From Candidatus Omnitrophota bacterium (GTDB lineage: Bacteria > Omnitrophota > Omnitrophia > Omnitrophales > JACROU01), in the NCBI GenBank assembly GCA_029261035.1, contig JAJDCD010000005.1, positions 91,516 through 155,515 on the forward strand: 64,000 bases of DNA, in the 5' to 3' direction. How positions within the stretch are numbered: the first letter of the stretch is position 1; each line of letters starts with the position of its first letter. The notes below the pieces were generated by a model. It was given only the letters and a program-made list of their open reading frames with translations, ran no database searches and was not told the DNA's origin. Position numbers and translations under genes: made by a program. Shown in pieces: positions 1 to 9,493 of the stretch.

Positions 1-997
1 TGCGTGTGGTAAAACAAATTTGGCGATGATGAAGACCTCTTTAGAAAAGGATGGTTATAAGGTTTGGACTTTGGGAGATGATATTGCATGGCTTCATATA
101 GGGGATGATGGATATCTTCGTGCGATTAATCCTGAAGCTGGTTTTTTTGGAGTTGTACCTGGGACAAGTGAAAAAACAAACCCGAATGCATTGGAGATGA
201 TTCAAAAAAACACAATTTATACGAATGTCTTAAAAGCATCTGACGGTACTGTTTGGTGGGAAGGTAAGGGGGAAGCTCCTCCAGATGGGGTTAATTGGTT
301 AGGACATCCCTGGACGATTCGTAGTTCTGAAAAAGCAGCACATCCTAATAGTCGGTTTACAACGCCAGCATCTCAATGCCCTTCGATTGCTTCCGAATGG
401 GAAAACCCTGAAGGAGTTCCTATTAGTGCCATTATTTTTGGTGGGAGAAGAGCGAAAGTGACACCTCTTGTTTACGAAGCTTTTAATTGGCAGCACGGAA
501 CTTATTTGGGAGCAACGATTGCTTCAGAAACAACAGCAGCGCAGACGGGTGATGTGGGAGTTGTAAGAAGAGACCCTATGGCGATGCTTCCGTTTTGTGG
601 TTATAACATTGGTGAGTATTTTCAGCATTGGCTTAATATAGGTAAGAGTTTAGAAAATCCTCCCAAAGTATTTTATGTAAATTGGTTTAAAACAAATGAA
701 AAGGGAGAATATTTGTGGCCGGGATTTGGGGAAAACCTTAGAGTGCTGCGCTGGATTGCAGATCGGTGTCAGGGGAAAGGTGAAGTTTCTAAAACGCCGA
801 TTGGTTATATTCCAGAGTCTTTGGATTTTTCAGGTTTAGACCTTTCCGAGAATCAAAAAAAAGAGTTGTTCCAAATTGATTCTCAAGCATGGAAAGAAGA
901 AGTTCAGAGCCGAAAAGAGTTTTTTGCTAAATTGGGGGATTGTGTACCTAAAGAACTTGTTGAAGAAAATGAGAGCTTGGGGAAGCGATTTTCTTAA
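1..997 (+). CDS. pckG: Phosphoenolpyruvate carboxykinase (GTP), C-terminal part; the 5' end lies upstream of the window
   Basis: Translation contains the GTP-PEPCK conserved stretches 'GFFGVVPGTSEKTNP' and 'TVWWEGKGEAPPDGVNWLGHPW' plus 'FGGRRA'. The reading frame is open back to position 2, so the true start is upstream. Confidence 0.85.
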   Translation, partial: ACGKTNLAMMKTSLEKDGYKVWTLGDDIAWLHIGDDGYLRAINPEAGFFGVVPGTSEKTNPNALEMIQKNTIYTNVLKASDGTVWWEGKGEAPPDGVNWLGHPWTIRSSEKAAHPNSRFTTPASQCPSIASEWENPEGVPISAIIFGGRRAKVTPLVYEAFNWQHGTYLGATIASETTAAQTGDVGVVRRDPMAMLPFCGYNIGEYFQHWLNIGKSLENPPKVFYVNWFKTNEKGEYLWPGFGENLRVLRWIADRCQGKGEVSKTPIGYIPESLDFSGLDLSENQKKELFQIDSQAWKEEVQSRKEFFAKLGDCVPKELVEENESLGKRFS

Positions 998-1119
998 TGT
1001 TTTCTTATAGGGTAATGCACTTCGTACGATCCGTTTGATTGTTCTGGGCCTTTAATCTACTACCTTCTTGTGATATGATTCACCTTCAATATTTGAACTG
1101 AGAAAGAGGATTTTGTGTA

Positions 1120-2229
1120 ATGAGACAAATTAAAGTACGTAATTTGATGATTGGCAGAGACTGTAGGGTGGCTGTTCAGAGTATGTGTGCCACAAGGACC
1201 CAGGATATTGAGGCGACCACAAGACAAGTTCAGTCTTTGGTGGAGCATGGGGCTGATTTGATTCGCATTGCTATTGATAATGATAAAGACGTGGAAGCTC
1301 TGAAGAAAATTAGGGAAGCAACAGACGCTCTTCTGGTTGTTGATTTACAAGAAAACTTCCCATTGGCTGAAAAAGTAGCTCCTTTTGTAGACAAGCTTCG
1401 TTATAACCCAGGGCATCTTCATCACCTTAAAAAAGAACTTTCGATTGAAGAGAAAGTGCAATGGTTGGTTTCTGTTGCTAAGAAACATGATCTTGCTCTT
1501 CGTGTGGGTGTTAATTGTGGTTCTATTGCTCCGGATTTTTTAGAAAAATATCCAGGAGATCATGTGAAAGCAATTGTGGAATCTGCTGTCTGGCATTGTG
1601 ATTTAATGGATCAATTTGGTTTTGAGAATTTTGTTGTTAGTTTAAAAGATTCAGATCCTGCAAAAGTTATTGAGTGTAACGAGTTGTTTCATAAAAGACG
1701 TCCTGACGTTCCAATTCATTTAGGAGTTACAGAAGCGGGTTTACTTCCTGACGGAGCCATTAAAACTCGTATTGCTTTTGAGAAATTAATTCCTCAGGGC
1801 ATCGGACAAACACTCCGTGTGTCTTTAACGCTTCCATTTGAGGAAAAATATAAAGAGATCGAAGAAGGTCGGAAGATTTTAGAAGATATAGCAAACAATC
1901 GATTTATTTCAGTCCCTGATTTTGGGAAGGGTTTAAATATTATTTCTTGCCCTTCGTGTTCTCGCGTTGAGAATAATGCGTTTGTGGAATTGGCTCAAGA
2001 GATTAAGAAAGTTACCGAGTATGCCAAGGAACATAAGTTTACCATTGCTGTTATGGGGTGTCGGGTGAATGGGCCAGGAGAAACAGATGATGCGGATTTG
2101 GGTATCTGGTGCGGGCCTTCGACTGTAACGCTCAAACAAAAAAAAGATACGCTTGGAACTTATAAATATGATGAAGTTGTTCCCGTTCTCAAAGGGAAGC
2201 TAGACGAGTTAATTGAAGTTAACAAATAA
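1120..2229 (+). CDS. ispG: 4-hydroxy-3-methylbut-2-en-1-yl diphosphate synthase (IspG/GcpE)
   Basis: N-terminal 'VAVQSM...DIEAT' and C-terminal Fe-S motifs 'CPSCSRV' and '[10 protein letters not shown]' are typical of GcpE. Confidence 0.85.
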   Translation: MRQIKVRNLMIGRDCRVAVQSMCATRTQDIEATTRQVQSLVEHGADLIRIAIDNDKDVEALKKIREATDALLVVDLQENFPLAEKVAPFVDKLRYNPGHLHHLKKELSIEEKVQWLVSVAKKHDLALRVGVNCGSIAPDFLEKYPGDHVKAIVESAVWHCDLMDQFGFENFVVSLKDSDPAKVIECNELFHKRRPDVPIHLGVTEAGLLPDGAIKTRIAFEKLIPQGIGQTLRVSLTLPFEEKYKEIEEGRKILEDIANNRFISVPDFGKGLNIISCPSCSRVENNAFVELAQEIKKVTEYAKEHKFTIAVMGCRVNGPGETDDADLGIWCGPSTVTLKQKKDTLGTYKYDEVVPVLKGKLDELIEVNK

Positions 2230-2253
2230 CGAATTAAGTGTAGGGGAATTAGT

Positions 2254-2664
2254 ATGACTGAAATGTCTGTTACTTATTTAGGGGATTTGCGTTGTCGTAT
2301 GAAACACGAGTCATCAGGTGTTGAGATTGTAACGGACGCTCCTAAAGATAATCATGGAAAAGGGGAGTCTTTTTCTCCTTCAGATTTAACTTCTTCTTCG
2401 GTGGCTGCTTGTATGATGACGATTATGGGAATCAAGGCAAAGCAGCATGATTTAGATCTTACTGGTTTGGAAGCTAAAGTCATAAAAGAAATGGTAACAG
2501 AACCTGAAAGACGTATTGGACGTATTGTTTTAAAGTTTAATTTTCCTAGAAGCTTTGAAGATAAGTATAAGGTCATGTTGGAGCGTGCCGCAATGACTTG
2601 TCCAGTGCATAAAAGTTTAAACCCAAAAATAGAAACCCCGGTTGAGTTTATCTACCCTGAATAA
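2254..2664 (+). CDS. OsmC/Ohr family peroxiredoxin-like protein
   Basis: 136-aa protein with the OsmC-like layout and two conserved Cys regions ('AACMMTIM', 'TCPVHKSL'). Confidence 0.65.
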   Translation: MTEMSVTYLGDLRCRMKHESSGVEIVTDAPKDNHGKGESFSPSDLTSSSVAACMMTIMGIKAKQHDLDLTGLEAKVIKEMVTEPERRIGRIVLKFNFPRSFEDKYKVMLERAAMTCPVHKSLNPKIETPVEFIYPE

Positions 2665-2726
2665 CAGAAGTCAGAAGACGGAGGCCAGAAGTCAGATTTA
2701 TGTTAGTCTGAGTTCATTCTTAACGT

Positions 2727-3248
2727 ATGACGTATGTTATTAGTTATCTCTTATCCAAATTAGTTCGAAATCAAGTTAAGCATTTTTATGGTCTTGGGAA
2801 TCTTCTTTCAGAAATTCAGATTCAGGAATTAAATTCTTTTTTCGAACCTTCTTTGTTGAGCAAGGTTCGCCTTATTTACCTGGAGGATGTTATACCTTCA
2901 AGGATTCATGTTCGTTTTTATTTACTCTGCTATCAGATGATGTTTAGACTTCAAAAGTTAGCTGGTTTAACTTTAGGCCCTTGTATTTTTCTTTCCCAAA
3001 AAACAGAAGATGTTGATTTTAAAGAGGTTCTTTTTCATGAATTGATTCATGTTGTCCAATATGAAGAGCTGTCTTATTTGAATTTTTTCAAAGCTTATAT
3101 AGGCGGATGGGTTAAGAATAGCTTTTCTTATTTCAAGATTCCTTTGGAAGTACAAGCTTATTATTGGACTAAATGTTGCTGGACTGAAAAACAGATCAGA
3201 GATGATTTAACGGGTACCCTTAAAATGGAGCTGAGGGCTTATAAATAA
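2727..3248 (+). CDS. Hypothetical protein with an HExxH motif (possible small zinc-metallopeptidase-like protein)
   Basis: Contains 'FHELIHVVQYEE' (HExxH...E). Nothing else is recognisable. Confidence 0.4.
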   Translation: MTYVISYLLSKLVRNQVKHFYGLGNLLSEIQIQELNSFFEPSLLSKVRLIYLEDVIPSRIHVRFYLLCYQMMFRLQKLAGLTLGPCIFLSQKTEDVDFKEVLFHELIHVVQYEELSYLNFFKAYIGGWVKNSFSYFKIPLEVQAYYWTKCCWTEKQIRDDLTGTLKMELRAYK

Positions 3249-3324
3249 AATTAATGTTGCTATCCGCTTGAGTCGAAAAATCTAATGAGAGTTTACTTAA
3301 AACCTTAAATCTTGGTTAAAAGAG

Positions 3325-3690
3325 ATGAAAAATCAAATTTTGATTATAGAAGACGAAGCTCAAATGTCCGGTATCTTGAAGGATATTTTAGAAGAGTACG
3401 ATTATAGCGTTGATTGTGTGGATACGGGTACTCAAGGCATTGAGCGAGCGATCACGGATAATCCAACCTTGATTATTTTAGATTTAGGACTTAAAGGAAT
3501 GGATGGAGTTCAGGTTTGTAGGACGTTGAAAGAGAATCATCAAACTTCAGAAATTCCAATTATTATTTATACAGGGCAGTTAGGAACGGAATTAGCAGAA
3601 GAAGCGAAAAAAGTAGGAGCGGATGAATATATGAGTAAAACGGTTGCTCCTATAAAAATGATTGAAACAGTACATAAATACATGAGTTAA
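3325..3690 (+). CDS. Single-domain response regulator (CheY-like receiver)
   Basis: 'ILIIEDE' with the phospho-acceptor-like 'IILDLGLKGMDG' and a conserved Lys region. No output domain. Confidence 0.8.
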   Translation: MKNQILIIEDEAQMSGILKDILEEYDYSVDCVDTGTQGIERAITDNPTLIILDLGLKGMDGVQVCRTLKENHQTSEIPIIIYTGQLGTELAEEAKKVGADEYMSKTVAPIKMIETVHKYMS

Positions 3691-3709
3691 AAAGTGGGGA
3701 GAGAAAGTT

Positions 3710-4969
3710 ATGAAAGAACGGATTGCTTTGAAGAGAGGGTACAGAACTCCTTTTGTTAAAAAAGATGCAGAATTTGCTCGGTTAAATACGGTAGATTTAT
3801 CTTGTCTTTTAGTGAATGACATTTTGAAAAAAATAGATTTTAATGCGTCGCTCATTCAGCATGTCGTGTGGGGGATGGTTGTTCCTGATGCTAATATCTA
3901 CTCCGTTGCACGTGAAGTGGTTTTAGGTTCAGAGCTGGATAATCGAGTTGAAGCTTATTCGGTTTCTAGGGCTTGCGCAACTTCTCTACAGGCAACAACA
4001 AATGCGGTTAGTTTCTATCATTCTTTTCCAGAAGAAAAATCAATATCTTTAGTTGGTGGTGTGGAATCATTCTCGTCTGTGAGGCCTGTATTAACAGACC
4101 AAGCATCTAACTATTTTAAATCGCTAGCCGTGCGGGCTGGGTTTGGGACTAAATTACTCAATGCCTTAAAGATTCCAATTACTCGACTCTTTCCTGTGCC
4201 GCCAGCAGCAAGAGAGTATTCAACTGGACTCACCATGGGAGAGCATTGTGAGTTGATGGTTAAAGAATTTAAAATTGAACGAAAGCGTCAAGATGCATTT
4301 GCATTGGCGAGCCATCAAAATGCGGTAAAAGCTAGAGAAGTGATTGAGCCTCAGATCGTTGATGTATTGGGAGTTAAAAAGGATACGTTGATTCGAGATA
4401 CAACTTCTATGGAAGCTTTGTCTGGTTTGAGACCAGCCTTTGATTCGAAAACAGGAAGCGTTACTGCGGGGAACGCTTCTCCTTATACGGATGGTGCTGC
4501 AGCTCTTTTTGTTATTTCACCTGCGTTGGAATCTGAAGTGAAGCCCGATGCTTTTATGAGTGATTTTGAGTATGTTGGATTTAATCCTGCGGATGGTCTT
4601 TTGATGGGACCTGGAAAAGCAATGTTACGTATATTACAAAGACAAAATTTGCGATGGAATGATTTGGATTATATCGAAGTTCATGAGGCATTTGCAGGAC
4701 AAGTTCTTTGTAATGTGGAAGCGGTAAATTCCTCTGATTATAGAACTAATCAATATGGTGTTTCATATGATGCGGGTAAATTAGATGAGTTGACAATTAA
4801 CCCTTATGGGTCTTCTATTTCTTATGGACATCCATTTGGTGCTACGGGAGCACGAATGGTTTCTCAGGCGATTGCGTATCTTGAGAAGAATAATAAGAGT
4901 AGGGCTTTGGTTTCGGCTTGTACGGCAGGGGGATTGGCGGGGGCGTGTTTAATTACGCGTGAAGGTTAG
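3710..4969 (+). CDS. Acetyl-CoA C-acyltransferase (thiolase family)
   Basis: Thiolase signatures: active-site Cys region 'VSRACATSLQA', 'GNASPYTDGAAALFV', and C-terminal 'NPYGSSISYGHPFGATGARMV'. Confidence 0.85.
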   Translation: MKERIALKRGYRTPFVKKDAEFARLNTVDLSCLLVNDILKKIDFNASLIQHVVWGMVVPDANIYSVAREVVLGSELDNRVEAYSVSRACATSLQATTNAVSFYHSFPEEKSISLVGGVESFSSVRPVLTDQASNYFKSLAVRAGFGTKLLNALKIPITRLFPVPPAAREYSTGLTMGEHCELMVKEFKIERKRQDAFALASHQNAVKAREVIEPQIVDVLGVKKDTLIRDTTSMEALSGLRPAFDSKTGSVTAGNASPYTDGAAALFVISPALESEVKPDAFMSDFEYVGFNPADGLLMGPGKAMLRILQRQNLRWNDLDYIEVHEAFAGQVLCNVEAVNSSDYRTNQYGVSYDAGKLDELTINPYGSSISYGHPFGATGARMVSQAIAYLEKNNKSRALVSACTAGGLAGACLITREG

Positions 4970-4989
4970 GTTGGTATAAGAGTTGTTTT

Positions 4990-5250
4990 GGAGAGCCTGG
5001 GTAGTTTTCCGGCGCTCAGACAGCACAAAAGTAAAATGCACTTTTGTGAACTCGCGGCGGAAAACTACCCAGGCTCTTTTCGAGCAAACACTTGTGGGCT
5101 GTTGGGGGTTGAAACAAGATGGGCGTCGAGCCCATATTGTTTCTTGGGTTTATTGTGTTTCGTTATTGTGTAAATAACGAAACGCGTTTTTGTTGTTAGG
5201 TGTTTATAAGAAATCAGGGATAAAGGCATTTGTTGCGTGGAATGGCTGGT
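4990..5250 (+). repeat. Copy A of a roughly 270-bp structured intergenic repeat (candidate sRNA or MITE-like element). The two spurious small ORFs 4983-5177 and 4988-5173 lie inside it.
   Basis: Aligns with 15902-16170: a shared 5' 'GGAGAGCCTGGG', a 22-bp stem with compensatory changes, and a conserved core of about 100 nt ending in the hairpin 'gtttcgttattgtgtaaataacgaaac' plus a T-rich run. Confidence 0.7.
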
Positions 5251-5300
5251 TTAGGATTTAAATTAAAGCTAAAAGCTATAGATTTTGAAGAGGAAAAGTT

Positions 5301-6086
5301 ATGGTGAAGATGGATAAGAAGACTATTGTTTGGTTGGAGAATCTTTTGTTGAGGAGTCGGAAGATTGCTTTGGGGTATTTTCAGAAGTCGATTAAGGTTT
5401 CTCGAAAAGCGGATCGATCTCCGGTTACTTTGGCGGATAAAGAGATTGAGAAGTTTTTAAGAAAGGAAATTGCGAAGAAGTTTCCTGATAATGGAATTTT
5501 GGGAGAGGAAACGGGTTTTTCTGGAAAGAATAAAAAAACATATTGGGTTATTGATCCTATTGATGGAACGCGTGCTTTTTCTAGAGGGTTGCCTTCATGG
5601 GGGATTTTGATTGCTAAAGTTGAAAACAGAAAAGTGGTTGTGGGTGCCTGCGATTTCCCAGTAATTCAAACGTCTATAATTGCCGTTCGTGGAAAAGGAG
5701 CCTACGAAAAAGTAGGGAATAAAAAAACAAAATTCAAAAATGCAAAGCCCATTAATTTTTTGAAAGATGCGGTTCTTTTTCATGGGGGAGCTTCTTTCTT
5801 TTTGAGCTCTAATTATGCTAAGCCTTTTCAGAAAGTAATGAAGCAGTGTTATTTGGAGAGAGCTTATGGGGATTGCTTTGCTTATCTATGGGTTTTAAGA
5901 GGTCAAGCAGATTTGGTGTTAGAGAAAGGGGTTAAAGAGTGGGATATGGCTCCTTTTTCTATTTTTGCTTCAGAGACGGGACGTGTTTTAGTTGATTTTA
6001 AGGGAGTTTCTAATTTTAAAGGTCCTAATACGATCTTTGGTTCCCCGAAGTTGGTTAAACAAGTTGTTTCTTCCTTTAAGAAGTAG
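5301..6086 (+). CDS. Inositol monophosphatase family protein (SuhB/CysQ/HisN-like)
   Basis: Contains the IMPase motif 'WVIDPIDGTRAF' and downstream 'WDMAP'. Confidence 0.8.
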   Translation: MVKMDKKTIVWLENLLLRSRKIALGYFQKSIKVSRKADRSPVTLADKEIEKFLRKEIAKKFPDNGILGEETGFSGKNKKTYWVIDPIDGTRAFSRGLPSWGILIAKVENRKVVVGACDFPVIQTSIIAVRGKGAYEKVGNKKTKFKNAKPINFLKDAVLFHGGASFFLSSNYAKPFQKVMKQCYLERAYGDCFAYLWVLRGQADLVLEKGVKEWDMAPFSIFASETGRVLVDFKGVSNFKGPNTIFGSPKLVKQVVSSFKK

Positions 6087-6193
6087 CCTTGTTTTACTTG
6101 TATTCATCTCCAGTTTTAATTCTAAATTGCCGAAGAGAATATATGCGTTATACTTAGTTTAAACGGATTGTTTTAAACAAAAAAGAGGTTTTC

Positions 6194-8068
6194 ATGGACG
6201 ACATCATTGATGAAAAGAAAATGGGTAAGGAAAAAGCTAAGTCTTTATCCGTAGCAGAACAAGCTCGAGAAACAGAATGGACTCTTCCAAGTTTTGTTCA
6301 ACAACTTTTTAATGGAAATGTTCATTGGGAACATTTACTTCCTTTTGCACAACAAGATGAAGCAGATAAGAAAATAGGGGATGAATTTCTTTTACGCCTC
6401 GAACCTTTTCTTAAGGAAAATTTAGATCCTGATTTGATTGACCAGACAGGTGATATTACAGAAGAACAATTAAAAGGACTGGCAGATTTGGGTTTGTTTG
6501 GAATTAAGATCCCGAAAAAATACGGCGGTCTTGGTATGAGTAAGTTTAACTATAATCGTATTGTGGGAATGGTAGCGAGTCATTGTGCTTCTACAGCTGT
6601 TTATTTATCAGCACATCAAAGCATTGGAGTTCCTCAACCTCTCCTTCTTTTCGGAACAGAAGAACAAAAACAAAAATACTTACCTCGTTTTGCAAAAGGA
6701 GAAATTTCTGCTTTTGCATTAACAGAGCCAAATGTGGGTTCGGATCCTGCTCAGATGAGCACGATTGCAACTCCTATTGATGGTGGTGAGTCTTATTTAA
6801 TTAACGGAGAAAAATTATGGTGCACGAATGGAACCCGTGCGGACGTTCTTATTGTAATGGCGCAAACACCTCCTAAAGTTGTGAACGGTAAAGAAAGAAA
6901 ACAAATCACAGCATTTATAGTTGAGAAAACGATGCCTGGTTTTGAAATTTTACATCGATGTAGTTTTATGGGTTTGCATGGTATTCAGAATGGTTTATTG
7001 AAATTTACAGACGTTAAAGTACCTAAAGAAAATATTATCTGGGGTCTTGGGAAGGGGCTTAAGCTTGCGTTGACGACTTTGAATACAGGACGTTTAACGA
7101 TACCTGCAGCAGCGACTGCTGTCGGGAGAGTTTGTTTGAAAGTTTCTAAAGATTGGTCCAATGAACGTTGTCAGTGGGGATCTAAAATAGGGGAGCATGA
7201 AGCTGTAGCTTCAAAGCTTTCTTTTATGGCTTCAAACTTATTTACAATGGATAGTGTGAATCAATTTACTTCTATAGCGGCAGATAAAGGAAATATGGAT
7301 ATTCGATTGGAAGCCGCAATTGCAAAGCTTTACTGTACGGAAGCGAGTTGGACGATTGCTGATGAGACCGTTCAAATTCGTGGTGGTAGAGGTTACGAAA
7401 GTTCTCCTTCTTTAAAAGCTCGCGGCGAACTTGGGATTCCTGCAGAACGTATTTTGAGAGACGCGCGTATTAATACGATTATTGAAGGAACCAGTGAGAT
7501 TATGCGTTTGTTTATTTCTCGTGAGGCGATGGATGATCATGTTAGAAGAATAACGATGATTTTAAGTCCGAAACGAAGTTTAGTACAACGATTCATTTCT
7601 GTAATTAAGAGCACCTTTCATTATGCTTTATGGTATCCGAAACAATGGATTTACATAACTCGACTTGGGCATAGTTCCTTGGATCCAACACTCAAGAAAC
7701 ATCTTAAATATGTGGATAAAACGAGTCATAAATTAGCCAGAAACCTTTTTCATGTAATGGCGATCTATCAGCAAGGATTAGAAAAGAAGCAGCAGGTTTT
7801 ATTTCGTCTTGTGGATATTGGAATGTATTTATTTACCATGGCTACAACCTGTGCCAATGCACAGCGTTTGATGGAAGAGGACCCTGAAGGGGAAGGTTTA
7901 AAAGCTAAAAACCTAGCCGATCTTTATTGTCGAGAAGCTAAAAAGAAAATTAAAGCGCGTTTTACTTACCTTTTTGACAAAGATGATAAGTTTTCATATA
8001 AAATAGCCCAAGAAGTTTTGGATGGAAACTATGATTGGATGGAAAACGATATTATTCTTCCTTATTAA
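6194..8068 (+). CDS. Acyl-CoA dehydrogenase family protein with a long C-terminal extension
   Basis: ACAD motifs 'GGLGMS', 'EPNVGSDPAQMST' and 'QIRGGRGYE'. 624 aa. Confidence 0.85.
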   Translation: MDDIIDEKKMGKEKAKSLSVAEQARETEWTLPSFVQQLFNGNVHWEHLLPFAQQDEADKKIGDEFLLRLEPFLKENLDPDLIDQTGDITEEQLKGLADLGLFGIKIPKKYGGLGMSKFNYNRIVGMVASHCASTAVYLSAHQSIGVPQPLLLFGTEEQKQKYLPRFAKGEISAFALTEPNVGSDPAQMSTIATPIDGGESYLINGEKLWCTNGTRADVLIVMAQTPPKVVNGKERKQITAFIVEKTMPGFEILHRCSFMGLHGIQNGLLKFTDVKVPKENIIWGLGKGLKLALTTLNTGRLTIPAAATAVGRVCLKVSKDWSNERCQWGSKIGEHEAVASKLSFMASNLFTMDSVNQFTSIAADKGNMDIRLEAAIAKLYCTEASWTIADETVQIRGGRGYESSPSLKARGELGIPAERILRDARINTIIEGTSEIMRLFISREAMDDHVRRITMILSPKRSLVQRFISVIKSTFHYALWYPKQWIYITRLGHSSLDPTLKKHLKYVDKTSHKLARNLFHVMAIYQQGLEKKQQVLFRLVDIGMYLFTMATTCANAQRLMEEDPEGEGLKAKNLADLYCREAKKKIKARFTYLFDKDDKFSYKIAQEVLDGNYDWMENDIILPY

Positions 8069-8121
8069 TTTAAATCCTAAATAGAGCTTGGTTCGTAGTA
8101 AATATAAATTATCCAAGTTCT

Positions 8122-8163
8122 TGTCATCCTGAGAGGAATTAAAATTTCCTAACTCAGGATGTG
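8122..8163 (+). terminator. Terminator-like hairpin downstream of the acyl-CoA dehydrogenase gene
   Basis: Inverted repeat 'catcctgag' ... 'ctcaggatg' with nested 'aggaa' ... 'ttcct'. The following T-run is weak. Confidence 0.3.
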
Positions 8164-8242
8164 TATTTAAAACTTCTAGATTCTTCTATATACTCAGAAT
8201 AACATTTGAATACTAAAACCATTTGCTAATGAAAGAAACCGA

Positions 8243-9436
8243 GTGTCTGAATTTCTTACTTATATCGCTTATTATTTTGCGGGGCTTGCTTTAAATCTAA
8301 CTCCGTGTGTTTATCCTATGCTTTCGGTGACGGTTGCTTTGTTAGGGAAACAGGAAGAGGGTAGCAAGTTATCTAATCGTATCCTTAAGTCGAGTGTCTA
8401 TGTTTTGGGAATGGCCACGATGTATAGTTCCTTAGGTGTTATCGCGGCATTAACAGGGGGATTTTTTGGGGATTGGCTTAGCCATCGATGGGTTCTTTTA
8501 GGAATAGGCATTCTTATTTTTGCATTATCCTTAAGCCTTTTTGGTGTATATCAATTACAAGTACCAACAGGAATTCTTTCTAAATTAAATCAGAAAAGAG
8601 GTGTGGGTTTACTGGGGATTTTTCTTGCAGGACTTTTCGTGGGTATTTTTGCGGCTCCGTGTATTGGTCCTCCAGTTGCAGCTTTATTAGCTCTTGTGGG
8701 GACGATCCAAGATCCTTGGTATGGGTTCTTTTCTTTTTTTATTCTTTCGTTAGGGTTAGGAACTCCTTATTGGTTTTTGGGAGTTTTTTCTAATTTGCTT
8801 TCAAAATTACCTAAATCAGGAATGTGGTTAGTATGGGTTGAGAGACTTTTTGGAATCTTGCTTTTAGGAACTGCTTTTTACTTTTTTACTTTGGCGTTCT
8901 TCTCTAAGTACATTTTTTGGGTGGTTCCTATGACACTTGTATTGGGGGGGCTTTATTTAGGTTTTGTGAATAAGAACGGCAATGAGATTCGTTTATTTCA
9001 GAGGTCGAAATGGATTGTGGGCATTATTGCTTTAGTGTTGGGTGGAACATTAATCGTTCAGGAATTAAATAAACCTCAATCCTTAGATTGGGAGCCTTAT
9101 TCGGGAGCTACTTTCAGTATTTATAAAGAGAAAGGAGAGCCAATTATGGTCGACTTTTTTGCTGACTGGTGTGCTCCTTGTCATGAAATGGATCGATACA
9201 CCTTTTCGAATCAAGAAGTTATTCGTAAGTTAGAGCCTTTCAAAAAGTTACGAGTGGATGTAACCCTTGTAGATTCACCTTCTTCAAAGGAATCTTTGTC
9301 GCGGTTTAATGTAACCGGAGTTCCTACATTGATTTTTTATAACTCTAAAGGGGAAGAGGTGAGTGAAGCTCGAACCATCGGGTTTTTGCCTCCGGATCCA
9401 TTTCTAGAAAAAATCAAATCTGCTTTAGAATCTTAA
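8243..9436 (+). CDS. dsbD: Thiol:disulfide interchange protein DsbD, short form (CcdA-like membrane core plus C-terminal thioredoxin domain)
   Basis: Polytopic N-terminal region with paired Cys ('LTPCVYPML', 'APCIGP'). The C-terminal domain has the thioredoxin motif 'ADWCAPCHEM'. GTG start. Confidence 0.8.
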   Translation: MSEFLTYIAYYFAGLALNLTPCVYPMLSVTVALLGKQEEGSKLSNRILKSSVYVLGMATMYSSLGVIAALTGGFFGDWLSHRWVLLGIGILIFALSLSLFGVYQLQVPTGILSKLNQKRGVGLLGIFLAGLFVGIFAAPCIGPPVAALLALVGTIQDPWYGFFSFFILSLGLGTPYWFLGVFSNLLSKLPKSGMWLVWVERLFGILLLGTAFYFFTLAFFSKYIFWVVPMTLVLGGLYLGFVNKNGNEIRLFQRSKWIVGIIALVLGGTLIVQELNKPQSLDWEPYSGATFSIYKEKGEPIMVDFFADWCAPCHEMDRYTFSNQEVIRKLEPFKKLRVDVTLVDSPSSKESLSRFNVTGVPTLIFYNSKGEEVSEARTIGFLPPDPFLEKIKSALES

Positions 9437-9493
9437 ACAGCTCAGATTTTAAGACTGTTAAAGTATTCAATTCTGCTGGTCGTTAAAAAAGAC

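Noticed and set aside
4983-5177. Two overlapping small ORFs (64 and 61 aa) in the thiolase-IMPase intergenic region
   Set aside because: They lie entirely within copy A of the structured ~270-bp repeat. The sequence is dominated by stem-loops and a terminator hairpin, and copy B (15902-16170) does not conserve either reading frame.
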